A stretch of 64,000 bases of DNA from Patescibacteria group bacterium UBA1388. GTDB lineage: Bacteria > Patescibacteriota > Microgenomatia > UBA1400 > PJMF01. Under the pieces are notes generated by a model. It saw nothing but the letters and a program-made list of their open reading frames with translations, searched no databases and was not told the DNA's origin. The first letter of the stretch is position 1. Each line of letters opens with the position of its first letter. Of this stretch, positions 45,405 to 54,302 are shown one piece after another. The position numbers were made by a program, and so were the translations under genes. The stretch is taken from contig DBQS01000016.1 of assembly GCA_002305355.1 (NCBI GenBank), positions 36,279-100,278 on the forward strand, given 5' to 3'.

Positions 45405-45788
45405 CTAATGATGGTGCTCTTCTTCAGCGGCCATAGCTTCATCGCGAGTGGCATGAATCGTGCCAGCGGGATGATTTGGCGGAGAATAAAGCGTGTACAG
45501 CTTCAAGTCATTGCTGCCAGTATTAGTTAGATTGTGCTCACTCCCCGCTGGCACAACTACCGCTGATCCATCTTTGATAGCAAACGTTTCACCATCAATC
45601 AACACTTCTCCCTCACCTTCATCAACTCTAAAAAATTGATCAACATGGTCGTGGACTTCTTTACCAATGTCTTCTCCTGGCTTTAAACTCATCAACACCA
45701 GTTGAGTGTGCTCACCGGTAAAAATCACTTCGCGAAAATTAAAATTTTCTTTAGTCAATTTTTCAATATCATCTACAAAACCTTTCAT
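45405..45788 (-). CDS. Cupin-domain protein with a His-rich C-terminus
   Basis: The two cupin motifs are GEDIGKEVHDHVDQFFRV and VVVPAGSEHNLTNTG. The protein ends EEEHHH. The RBS is GAAAGGAGGATAGG. Confidence 0.8.
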   Translation of the reverse strand: MKGFVDDIEKLTKENFNFREVIFTGEHTQLVLMSLKPGEDIGKEVHDHVDQFFRVDEGEGEVLIDGETFAIKDGSAVVVPAGSEHNLTNTGSNDLKLYTLYSPPNHPAGTIHATRDEAMAAEEEHHH

Positions 45789-45844
45789 CCTATCCTCCTT
45801 TCAAAAGATATTAAATATATATACTGGTTTCATTATATACCCGC

Positions 45845-45888
45845 TTTCACGACTACCTTTCCATTCCGGAATGTATCGTGCCCAATTC
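45845..45888. repeat. Solo copy of the IS481-like element's transposase-proximal end (remnant)
   Basis: TTTCACGACTACCTTTCCATTCCGGAATGTATCGTGC matches 14600..14636 with 2 mismatches by eye. Similarity decays through ...ATTC, where the IS ends. Confidence 0.6.
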
Positions 45889-45935
45889 ATCATCGAAATG
45901 TATTGTGCAATATTTACAACTGCTGAGATCATTTA

Positions 45936-45956
45936 CATTCCGAAAAGTATCGCGCC
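45936..45956. repeat. Second, shorter degenerate copy of the IS terminal repeat
   Basis: CATTCCGAAAAGTATCGCGCC compares with the IS sequence CATTCCGGAAAGTATCGTGCG, in the same orientation as the copy at 45845. A third weaker copy is TCGAAATGTATTGTGC at about 45893. Confidence 0.4.
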
Positions 45957-46060
45957 TCGTACTCAATATGTCCATTCCACCATAACAAAGCATGTCTTTC
46001 CAAGTAAATCTAGTTTCTAATTTTCCCTTTTGCAAAAATTTATTGTAGGATGGATACAAT

Positions 46061-46948
46061 ATGGCAAATCATCATCCCACCCAACCAAATCCTGTCCCAG
46101 ACAATACAACTGTCAATCAGTCAATGCCAACAACTGCTCAGTCAGCTCAAACCAACCCCGTTGCACCACCCAACCAAGCTGCTCAACCCCTACAAACTAC
46201 ACCTAAGCCCAGCCAACCTACCCCCAACCAACCAGCACCCGCCCAATCTCAGACAACAGCAACTCCTACTCTCTCCACAGACAACATCGCACCCGCTGTT
46301 TATGGTCAAAAACCCAGTTCAAAAAATAAACTTGCCATCATGCTAATCATCTTTGTGTTTCTGGCAGCTCTCGCTGCCGGTGTCTATTTTATGTTTGGCG
46401 AACAACTCATCGATCAATTTACCCCAGCCCCTTCTGAACCAGAGCGAGAGGTATTTGTTGATCCTCTGCTCGATATGCCGGGCGCAACTTCTGGTAGTTA
46501 TATGTTAGATAATGATCCTACTGTGATCTATGAAGAGGACCCTGCGATTACCGAACCAACAACTTCTCAAGATGACGGGCAACTTTCCACTACAAAACCT
46601 AGTGCCACTCCAACTTCTCTCTCAGAAGCTAACGAATTGTCATTGCCAAAATACACCAACTCAACATATGGTTTTGAGGTTTCCTACCCAGACTCATATC
46701 AGCTGATGACCGATAGTGAAAATCTTTATGGACACCCGAATGGCGTGGCGCTACTGTATAAAGGCGGCCAAGCCTACGACATTGTCATTGAAGTATGGGA
46801 TACTGAGGCTGAATATCAAGCTGCCTATGTGGGCAGAGCCAACGACCTGAAAGTTATTCAAAATCAAGGCAAATTTATCACCATTCTCAACAACACCCAA
46901 GAACCAGATAATCAGGCAATTATTGATTCATTCAAATTGGTAAATTAA
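46061..46948 (+). CDS. Hypothetical membrane-anchored protein with a Pro/Gln/Thr-rich N-terminal region
   Basis: A low-complexity PTQPNP/QPAPAQ region, one TM (LAIMLIIFVFLAALAAGVYFMF), and a C-terminal globular domain. Confidence 0.45.
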   Translation: MANHHPTQPNPVPDNTTVNQSMPTTAQSAQTNPVAPPNQAAQPLQTTPKPSQPTPNQPAPAQSQTTATPTLSTDNIAPAVYGQKPSSKNKLAIMLIIFVFLAALAAGVYFMFGEQLIDQFTPAPSEPEREVFVDPLLDMPGATSGSYMLDNDPTVIYEEDPAITEPTTSQDDGQLSTTKPSATPTSLSEANELSLPKYTNSTYGFEVSYPDSYQLMTDSENLYGHPNGVALLYKGGQAYDIVIEVWDTEAEYQAAYVGRANDLKVIQNQGKFITILNNTQEPDNQAIIDSFKLVN

Positions 46949-47180
46949 TTTTTTTACTTATTTAACCTTTTGTTGTTTGCCCGATCGATTGGCTCTTAAT
47001 TCAACAACTGCTGATCAACATCATGCTCAATGTTATCATCGTTTAGATAAAATTTTGTTTTCCCCAATTTTGTCAACAAGTTGAATTTTCACACGCCAAA
47101 ACAGCAATGGTTAGGTTTTATCCCTTGCTGGTTTCAGAAACTTAACAACAAGCTCTGGCTCATATGAATAATAACTTGAG

Positions 47181-47849
47181 CTAACTTGAGGTAGTCACGC
47201 TTTTGAAACTGAGTAACTTTGTTTCTTTAATCTTAGTCGATCTCACAAACAATAGACCGGCCATGAAACAATGAATCAAAAATTCTGATACAGGATATAA
47301 AGCTGTCAAAATTGAGTAATTTTCTAAAGAAACAATTATTAAGGCAAACCTCAATATGTTCATCCTAAAAAACAATTGCGTTTCCGTATGTGGCTGCGAC
47401 CAAGATTTTCTTATTGTCGGACCATATGCCAACAAATTAGTCAGTGTGATCAGGATGGCAGACACTATCGGCTGCTTTGCAACTAACCATAATATTAACG
47501 CCAAAATTGTTAATCCAAAAAATAATTTATCCATCAAGGTAGCTGTTTGATTATTCCAATTTTTTAAGCTTAAAAAAAACACTGTGACAATCAACATCGC
47601 CGCTACAAACGTTGCCGTACTTCCAAAACCCGCTCCACCTCGAACCTGGAGTGCAAAAGCAATGAGAGTAATAAAGCCAAATAGAAACCAACTGTAAATG
47701 TGAGGTTTTGTTTTCCCTTTGATAATGTCTAGAATATAGGGAAAATAGCTGACAATTGTTATAAAAACTGCCACAACACCAAGTACTGTCTTGATATTTA
47801 TCACAGATGATATTTTACACCTCGACTGAATGATTTGATACCGCTCCAC
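47181..47849 (-). CDS. Hypothetical polytopic membrane protein
   Basis: Six or seven hydrophobic helices. The motif YFPYILDIIKGKTKPH is reminiscent of PQ-loop-like proteins, but the family is not confirmed. Confidence 0.35.
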   Translation of the reverse strand: MERYQIIQSRCKISSVINIKTVLGVVAVFITIVSYFPYILDIIKGKTKPHIYSWFLFGFITLIAFALQVRGGAGFGSTATFVAAMLIVTVFFLSLKNWNNQTATLMDKLFFGLTILALILWLVAKQPIVSAILITLTNLLAYGPTIRKSWSQPHTETQLFFRMNILRFALIIVSLENYSILTALYPVSEFLIHCFMAGLLFVRSTKIKETKLLSFKSVTTSS

Positions 47850-48070
47850 AGATGACCTGATGGAGAAGTACTCCTAGTACGATATTGACAGTATGTGATA
47901 CTGATCTATCGCAACTTGTTGAATGAATTTGCTTTATCAATGTACTCAATAATTACTATTCCCGCCTGGATTATTATCAAGTTGAGTATGATGATTTTGC
48001 GACATAAAATACCACGCACGTTAAGTATCCACTGATTGTGCAATGTCCCAAATAGTTATATGATCACAAT

Positions 48071-48571
48071 ATGACAGATACATCAGAAACACCTTCTAAA
48101 GAAGATCAAAAAAATTCCCCAAAAGAATCATCAAGGTTTAAAAAAATCAGAGGAAATCACAAATTCCGGATTGGCTTGATCGTTTTCTTGATGGCCATCG
48201 TGGTGATCATGTTTATTTTCTGGCAAAAAGCTAGAATTGCTTTGGTCATCGTTTTCATTACTTTGCTAGCAGCCCTTGGTTTGGAAGTTTCCCAAAATGA
48301 CTGGGATTTGGGTAAGTTGTGGGAAACAGGTTCATTTCAAGAATCAAAAATTGCTCGTGATGAAGCGGGTAATGTCCTTTATGATATGTTTGGTAACATC
48401 ACCACCGATTCCAGCGTAGGCAAAAAAGCTGATGAATACAATTGTAGTGATTTTGAAACGCAACCAGCAGCGCAAGCATTCTTTGAAAAAGTGGGTGGTG
48501 TTGGCAATGATGTCAATCGATTAGACGGTGATAAAGACGGTGAAGCATGCGAATCGCTGCCAAAAAACTAA
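48071..48571 (+). CDS. Membrane protein with a C-terminal Excalibur calcium-binding domain
   Basis: Two TM helices, then [16 protein letters not shown] ... [14 protein letters not shown] (the DxDxDGxxCE motif). Confidence 0.65.
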   Translation: MTDTSETPSKEDQKNSPKESSRFKKIRGNHKFRIGLIVFLMAIVVIMFIFWQKARIALVIVFITLLAALGLEVSQNDWDLGKLWETGSFQESKIARDEAGNVLYDMFGNITTDSSVGKKADEYNCSDFETQPAAQAFFEKVGGVGNDVNRLDGDKDGEACESLPKN

Positions 48572-48616
48572 TTTTCAATCAACAATAATTACAGATTGCG
48601 ATGTTTTTAAATTATA

Positions 48617-49021
48617 CTAATTAATGTCGTGCTTCCAAAAAATAGCAGTCAAATTAACTCCACCGTTTGCGGCCTTAATTGCTTTTCTCAGTTCGTATTG
48701 ACTAATGCTACCATCAAGTGGCTCTTGATCTGGAATATTACCAGTATAATAACTTTCTAAAACCGGTAAAGCGCGCTCATCACCCAACTGACTGAGTCCC
48801 CAAATTGCATCATTTCTAGCCTTATATCCCCGTTCCTCGTCCTGTAATTGAGCAATTAAAGCAGTTGTACAATCTCCTTGATATTCCCATTGGGCAGTTT
48901 TGCACAAATTTTTCATGGAATAGCCAATCCAAGTTGCCCCAATCACAAACACGAGCATGATGAGACTTAGACCCACCGCTCCCAACCAGAGCAACAAATT
49001 GATTGATGTCTTAATTTTCAT
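48617..49021 (-). CDS. Membrane-anchored HEAT-repeat-like protein
   Basis: One N-terminal TM, then ARNDAIWGLSQLGDERALPVLESYY (PBS-lyase HEAT-like repeat). It overlaps the upstream stop by 4 nt. Confidence 0.45.
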   Translation of the reverse strand: MKIKTSINLLLWLGAVGLSLIMLVFVIGATWIGYSMKNLCKTAQWEYQGDCTTALIAQLQDEERGYKARNDAIWGLSQLGDERALPVLESYYTGNIPDQEPLDGSISQYELRKAIKAANGGVNLTAIFWKHDIN

Positions 49022-49272
49022 TGATCCCTTTCCTTACTAGTCACAAAAATGTCATCAACTTTTACATCAAAAAAATTTGCCATTTTGAAAGCCAAGCCCA
49101 AAGAAGGCAAATATTTATTGGCTTCAATGGCAATCACTGTCTGGCGAGAAACATCCAGCTTTTCAGCTAGCTGTTCCTGCGTCAGATCATACATGGCGCG
49201 ATAAATTTTTAATTTATTTTTGATCAGATTTTCCTCCAAATTTTTTCTGCAACCAATAATAACTAAGGGCAA
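49018..49272 (-). CDS. XRE-family helix-turn-helix transcriptional regulator (short, YvzC-like)
   Basis: LKIYRAMYDLTQEQLAEKLDVSRQTVIAIEANKYLPSLGLAFKMANFF. The start is uncertain. The ATG at 49272 overlaps the upstream gene by 59 nt. A GGAGG sits before a CTG/ATC at about 49227. Confidence 0.7.
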   Translation of the reverse strand: MPLVIIGCRKNLEENLIKNKLKIYRAMYDLTQEQLAEKLDVSRQTVIAIEANKYLPSLGLAFKMANFFDVKVDDIFVTSKERDQ

Positions 49273-49639
49273 ATATCACAATTAACAAGAGTGTTAGGTA
49301 AGCCAGAATCATACCAATTGATTCAATGTATAAAAATTCTCCTTTGGCAAATACTGGAAAAACGTCTCCGTGAGAAGGAATTAAAAGCAGCAATGCACAG
49401 ATTGCGACAGTTGGGGCAAAGATGGCATAAGTGGTGTGAGCCGCTTTCTCTCTAATACTTTGCTCACGCTCATCAATAGCGAGCTTGGCTTGAGATTGGA
49501 CCGTCATTAAAAAAATGATTGCTGTTAGCACTCCCACAACTGCCAGCAAGTACAATTTTAACCAGAGCGCAACTACTACAATCGTAATAATAAACAAAAG
49601 GGCTGCCGCCCTAAGAAGGTGATAATTTCTTTTATTCAT
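49214..49639 (-). CDS. DUF2178-like small membrane protein (usual partner of short XRE regulators)
   Basis: Four TM helices with a central AIDEREQSIREKAAHTTY segment. The family assignment is from memory. Confidence 0.45.
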   Translation of the reverse strand: MNKRNYHLLRAAALLFIITIVVVALWLKLYLLAVVGVLTAIIFLMTVQSQAKLAIDEREQSIREKAAHTTYAIFAPTVAICALLLLIPSHGDVFPVFAKGEFLYIESIGMILAYLTLLLIVIFALSYYWLQKKFGGKSDQK

Positions 49640-49645
49640 AGCTTC

Positions 49646-49674
49646 ATTGTAAATTATATATTACATAATGTCAA
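49646..49674 (-). promoter_or_regulatory. Sigma70-type promoter TTGACA-17-TACAAT, 6 nt from the ATG, with a palindromic operator candidate in the spacer
   Basis: The minus strand reads TTGACAttatgtaatatataattTACAATgaagctATG. The spacer and -10 region contain TGTAA-N8-TTACA (49648-49665). Confidence 0.55.
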
Positions 49675-49739
49675 GTTTAATTTACATTAGTAGTTTAAAT
49701 CCGCAATACTTGATAGAATGATGAAAGATTAAAACTCAT

Positions 49740-50696
49740 ATGCCTAAAAAAATTCCCGTGACGATATTTACTGGCTTTCTTGGTTCAGGTAAGACCACCA
49801 TCATTCTGAATCTGATTGACTATCTGCAAAGCATTGGCCAACAAGTGGTTTACATCAAGAATGAGATTGGTACGACTGATATTGATGCAGAAATTGTGAG
49901 TGAAAAACAAATCCAGACTAAAAAGCTTCTCAATGGATGCGTTTATCACACTTTGGTTGGTCCGATTACCAATGCTGTGAATGATTTGATCGAGAAATTC
50001 AACCCTGACCGCATAATTATTGAGACCGCAGGTACAGATGAAACCTCCAATCCGATTGTTTTGGGAATTAATATCAGCAGCCATCCCAGGTTGGTCAGAG
50101 ATGGAATCATTACTGTGATTGATGTGGTTAACTTTAATAACTATAAGTACCTGGATGATTATAACCGCGATCAATCAAATTTTATTGATTTAATTGTGTT
50201 TAATAAAGTTGAGTTGGTTGACGAAGATCGAAAAAGGGCAGTTGTTGCATATGTGAGGGAGTTTAACGAACGTTCACCCATTGTAGAAGCACCAGAAGGA
50301 AAACTTAATCCTCATCTTGCATTTGGCATGAATCTTCCAACGGAGGACGATCAAACTCAAGATAAAAACAAAGTAAATCATTTTAAAAAAGATCATATCA
50401 ACACCTTTACTTATACATCCCATCATACTTTTGATGAGAAAAAACTAGAAAATGCATTTCGAAATTTTCCCAAAAATGTAATTCGTTACAAAGGTTATAT
50501 TAAAACCACCCAGGGCATGAAAATAATCAATGGTGTTTATAATAGATTCGATTGGCTGGCGCCGTCCGATCAAACTGAGGTGAACACGACACGACTTGTT
50601 ATTATCGGATATGAAGTTAAAGACAGTCGACTAGATATGATCAATCAATTGGATAGCTGTGCTGTGACAATGCAAGATGAAAGGCAACTGAAATGA
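49740..50696 (+). CDS. COG0523 / CobW-family G3E GTPase (putative metallochaperone) lacking the canonical CxCC motif
   Basis: Walker A is FTGFLGSGKTT; also IIIETAGTDE, FNKVEL, and a CobW_C-like tail with the His-containing segment NHFKKDHINTFTYTSHH. The position of GCxCC reads NGCVYHT. Confidence 0.75.
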   Translation: MPKKIPVTIFTGFLGSGKTTIILNLIDYLQSIGQQVVYIKNEIGTTDIDAEIVSEKQIQTKKLLNGCVYHTLVGPITNAVNDLIEKFNPDRIIIETAGTDETSNPIVLGINISSHPRLVRDGIITVIDVVNFNNYKYLDDYNRDQSNFIDLIVFNKVELVDEDRKRAVVAYVREFNERSPIVEAPEGKLNPHLAFGMNLPTEDDQTQDKNKVNHFKKDHINTFTYTSHHTFDEKKLENAFRNFPKNVIRYKGYIKTTQGMKIINGVYNRFDWLAPSDQTEVNTTRLVIIGYEVKDSRLDMINQLDSCAVTMQDERQLK

Positions 50697-50830
50697 AGTG
50701 GAATCATTAAAAATTTTGTCTAGCCGATTATTTATTTCAGTTGTACCTGAAATTTTAGCTAAGCATGTGAAGTCTGAAAGATCAGGGTTTTCTTGTTATT
50801 TTAAAATTACAAATTATTTGCAAAATAAAT

Positions 50831-51052
50831 ATGGAGATCATTGCTTTAGTCCATCCCCGTTCAAAAAAAGAAAAAGTGGAAAGCCTGGGTAATAATCACT
50901 TTAAAGTCTATGTCACTGCCCCACCTACTGATGGGAAAGCCAACCAGGCAGTGTTGGTTATTTTAGCAAAATATTTAAATATCAAGAAAAGCCAAATTGC
51001 ATTGGTGCGAGGCGAGAAATCCAAGCGAAAAGTTTTTGAGGTTCAACCCTGA
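50831..51052 (+). CDS. DUF167 / YggU family protein
   Basis: VYVTAPPTDGKANQAVLVILAKYLNIKKSQIALVRGEKSKRKVFEV. Confidence 0.7.
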   Translation: MEIIALVHPRSKKEKVESLGNNHFKVYVTAPPTDGKANQAVLVILAKYLNIKKSQIALVRGEKSKRKVFEVQP

Positions 51053-51185
51053 TAATTTTGATTGTGAGTGGTCAATAAAAATTTTGAAGGTGACTTAAAA
51101 ATACTACAAACATATTGCTTAACCAATAGTCAGCAAATGACTCGCAAATATCCATTTCTTGTTTCAGCTGGCTTGAACAAGAAAT

Positions 51186-53660
51186 CTAGATCAAGAGTGT
51201 CCCTCCTGCACCAACTTCAGTACGCAACAACGCATCCGCGACTTTATCAATTACGATTTGATTAATCGCTCTTTCCAGATGCCTCGCGCCAAATTCCTTG
51301 CTATAACCAGCTTGATACACTTGCTGAAATGTCTGATCACTAATCTGTAAAGTGATACCTTTTTCCTGTAACATTTTCTGGGAAAATATTCGGAGTTTAC
51401 GTTTGGCAATTTCTACAACATCTTCATATGAAAGTGGATGATACAACACAACACCATCAAAACGATTGACAAATTCTGGTCGTAAAATATCTTGCTGCAC
51501 CAAATAAGCAATCATCTCCTCAACTGATATCTCATTAGATAAATTTTGATACAGATAGTCACTCCCTGCATTAGAAGTCGCCACTACTACTGTGTGCTTG
51601 AAAGAAATATTTTCTCCTTTGCCATTGGTTAAATACCCTTCATCAAAAATTGTCATCAGTGCTAATTGGACTGAACGATGAGCTTTTTCAATTTCATCAA
51701 GCAACACTACTGAGTAAGGCTGTTTGTGGACTGCTTCTGTCAAAGCGCCTGCTGTGGGGTTGGTAGTTGAGCCAATCAAAGCTTCCAAACTCGCCTCTGT
51801 CACAAACTGCGCGCAATCAATTCTCACCAAGTGGTTGAGGTTGCCAAAAAATACTTTCGCCAGGGTTTTAGCAGTCTCCGTTTTACCCACACCAGTTGCC
51901 CCTAAAAAAAGAAAGGCGCCCATCGTCTTTTCTCTACCAGATAATTCCAAATTTGCCCTTTTGAGTGCACTGGATAATTGTTGAATGGCGTGCTTCTGAC
52001 CAACAATGGTTGCCGCTAAAGTTTCTTCTAACCTCGATAATTTGTCCTTTTGCTCGACCGTCAGCTCACCAATCATGCTATTGGTCTGTTTGGAAAAGAG
52101 AGCGTGCACATCTGCCTCGGTTACCACTTGATTTTGACTATACTTGGCAACCAACTCTAAAGCTCTCACCGAACTAGACGGTTGAGGTAAATTTGGATAT
52201 ACATAACTGGCATATTTTTCAATTTCTTTGATAGCAAAGAAAGTGAAGTATTTTTGCTTTGATTCAAATGAGGTAAGTAGATTGAGCAGCAGTTTGATTG
52301 TCTCTTCTCTACTCGAAGGCAACAGATCAATCGTATGCACCGAGGACAAAAATAAATTATCTTGTCTAATAACGTCCTTAAAATTGGTTTGGGTAGCTGT
52401 CATTAAAATCTTGACTTTATAGCGACCACTGACGCTACTTAAAACTGTGCTCAGGTTAGTTCCTTTTTGAGTGTTTTGTAAATAACGATCAACGTTGGCG
52501 ATCACCAAAATAATATTACCAGCGTGATGAGCTTCCGCTAAAACTTTTTCAAAAATGAAGTTTTTTGATTCTGCACTTTCAGAAGCCGATAAAGCCGCAT
52601 CTACATCCAACAACATCACCCGGTGGTCAGCTAGTTCAGGTGTAGTTTTCCCATCATAAATTCTTTTTGCTAAGAATTGCACCAGAGTCATCTTACCTGT
52701 GCCAGGAGCACCGCTCACCAGCACACTACTCACTGATGAACGTGAAAAAATTTGTTCAACCTGAGTGGTGACCTCTTGATGGATATCAAATTGCAACTGA
52801 TCAATACCCATGCTGGCTACATCGGTTGCGTACCGATCAATGGTTGGTGTATAACCAAATGCCCAATCTTTCCCGATCGATCTGGACTCACTCAATTTAC
52901 GAACCGTCCAAAATTGTTTGTCGTGATATTTTTTGATTTCATCTTCAATCACCCAGTTGCAAAGAAGCTGACAATCATGAATTGATAAACGGTGAGTGAT
53001 CAATAATTGCGAGTGCTCTTCTCGTGCTAACTCCTTAAATAAGATAGCAACCAACAACGATGATTTAGTATAAAACTGTTTGACTTGGGCATCATCCATA
53101 GGCTGCAACAAAGTAGTTGCACCGTTGCCCAACAATGTAAAAATTTTTTCTCGATCAGCAGTCTCAAATCTCAATCTCAAAAAGATTTCTCTGACTCGCG
53201 CATCATTTTGCATCGCGCTCACTAATAATCTTGGAGAACGTTGATATGATTTGTAAAGTTTGGGCAAGTGCGGGTGAGTTGCCGAAAACAAATAATAGTA
53301 CAAAGGAAAGTACACAAAGGTAATCGCCCAGACCGTGACTAACCCTAACCACACCACAATGAACATTGCCATCATCATGAGTCCCCAAAAAATGGTCGCC
53401 GACCGGATAATTGCGCCCATCATCGCGCTAACTGCATTATAAGAAAAGACGTCAAACATATCCTCAAAATCTAGTCCTTTTCTGGTACGCACCCGCATCA
53501 AGCGTTTCCAGGGAGCAAACAAGGTTTTGGCATGACGTGTAATGCCATACAGGTTCCAAAAATAGTAAAGATAATTGCGGAGAATTAACCACAGAAACGC
53601 AAGACCATCAACCAAGTACCACTGGAACGCCCGGGAAATAAACGGCATATCATTCATCAT
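51186..53660 (-). CDS. Membrane-anchored Clp/Hsp100-like double-AAA+ ATPase (D1 Walker B degenerate)
   Basis: The N-terminal ~130 aa carry 3-4 TM helices. D1 has Walker A GAPGTGKMT but ILVIANVD in place of ILFIDE. D2 is canonical (FLFLGATGVGKTE and SVVLLDEIEKAH). There is no long M-domain. Confidence 0.75.
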   Translation of the reverse strand: MMNDMPFISRAFQWYLVDGLAFLWLILRNYLYYFWNLYGITRHAKTLFAPWKRLMRVRTRKGLDFEDMFDVFSYNAVSAMMGAIIRSATIFWGLMMMAMFIVVWLGLVTVWAITFVYFPLYYYLFSATHPHLPKLYKSYQRSPRLLVSAMQNDARVREIFLRLRFETADREKIFTLLGNGATTLLQPMDDAQVKQFYTKSSLLVAILFKELAREEHSQLLITHRLSIHDCQLLCNWVIEDEIKKYHDKQFWTVRKLSESRSIGKDWAFGYTPTIDRYATDVASMGIDQLQFDIHQEVTTQVEQIFSRSSVSSVLVSGAPGTGKMTLVQFLAKRIYDGKTTPELADHRVMLLDVDAALSASESAESKNFIFEKVLAEAHHAGNIILVIANVDRYLQNTQKGTNLSTVLSSVSGRYKVKILMTATQTNFKDVIRQDNLFLSSVHTIDLLPSSREETIKLLLNLLTSFESKQKYFTFFAIKEIEKYASYVYPNLPQPSSSVRALELVAKYSQNQVVTEADVHALFSKQTNSMIGELTVEQKDKLSRLEETLAATIVGQKHAIQQLSSALKRANLELSGREKTMGAFLFLGATGVGKTETAKTLAKVFFGNLNHLVRIDCAQFVTEASLEALIGSTTNPTAGALTEAVHKQPYSVVLLDEIEKAHRSVQLALMTIFDEGYLTNGKGENISFKHTVVVATSNAGSDYLYQNLSNEISVEEMIAYLVQQDILRPEFVNRFDGVVLYHPLSYEDVVEIAKRKLRIFSQKMLQEKGITLQISDQTFQQVYQAGYSKEFGARHLERAINQIVIDKVADALLRTEVGAGGTLLI

Positions 53661-53724
53661 AGCAGATAGGGAACTAGAAATAATCTTCTAAAATTAATCT
53701 CTCAGAGTCCAGTTGCTGTCCAGT

Positions 53725-54210
53725 CTATTGAGGATCAGCTAAATTTTCAAGCAGTGTACTTTTTGGCTGCCCAAGCCGCCGATAAGTCAGGTCGATAGCA
53801 AACTTTCCCGCCAACATCGCCATAATTATGAGTACTAAACCAATAAAACCACTTATTTCTACGTCTTTACCAAAAATAAAGTCCAACACAGCCAGGAAAA
53901 CAAACTTAGAAAAAAACATCACTAGCCAAACGCTCAACACTAGCCACACTTTAGCCGCTTTACCATTTTTACTTTTGAAGTATTTAGCAATTTTTTTCTT
54001 CAACTCTAGGGTTAAGTAAGTCAAGATCTGCATCACCACCGCAACCATAAACGTGGTAGAGTAAGAAGTTGTGTTTAAAATGTCAGTGTAGTCATTAAAA
54101 AATCCCAATACTACTGCATAAACTAGTACTCCTAGCACCATTTGCAGAAATAAATCCTGCTTAGGAGTAGTAACAGATTTTAGAGTGGAAGCAGACTTGG
54201 GTTTGGTCAT
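53725..54210 (-). CDS. Hypothetical four-TM membrane protein
   Basis: An intact ORF between the giant HD protein and the membrane AAA+ gene, on the same strand. Confidence 0.4.
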   Translation of the reverse strand: MTKPKSASTLKSVTTPKQDLFLQMVLGVLVYAVVLGFFNDYTDILNTTSYSTTFMVAVVMQILTYLTLELKKKIAKYFKSKNGKAAKVWLVLSVWLVMFFSKFVFLAVLDFIFGKDVEISGFIGLVLIIMAMLAGKFAIDLTYRRLGQPKSTLLENLADPQ

Positions 54211-54302
54211 AATGAGTGATTATATAGCAAAACTGAAAATTTGGCTGATTTTGTTATCATTGAATCACAATTGTTCAGGCGAGTAGGAGATCTAATTAAT
54301 CA

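Noticed and set aside
47070-47087. TTGTCAA-CAAG-TTGAATT, another 11 bp-phased repeat resembling the regulator box found at 39924-44227.
   Set aside because: There is no minus-strand gene and no convincing -10 element at the proper distance on the side where a target should lie. It is probably a chance match.
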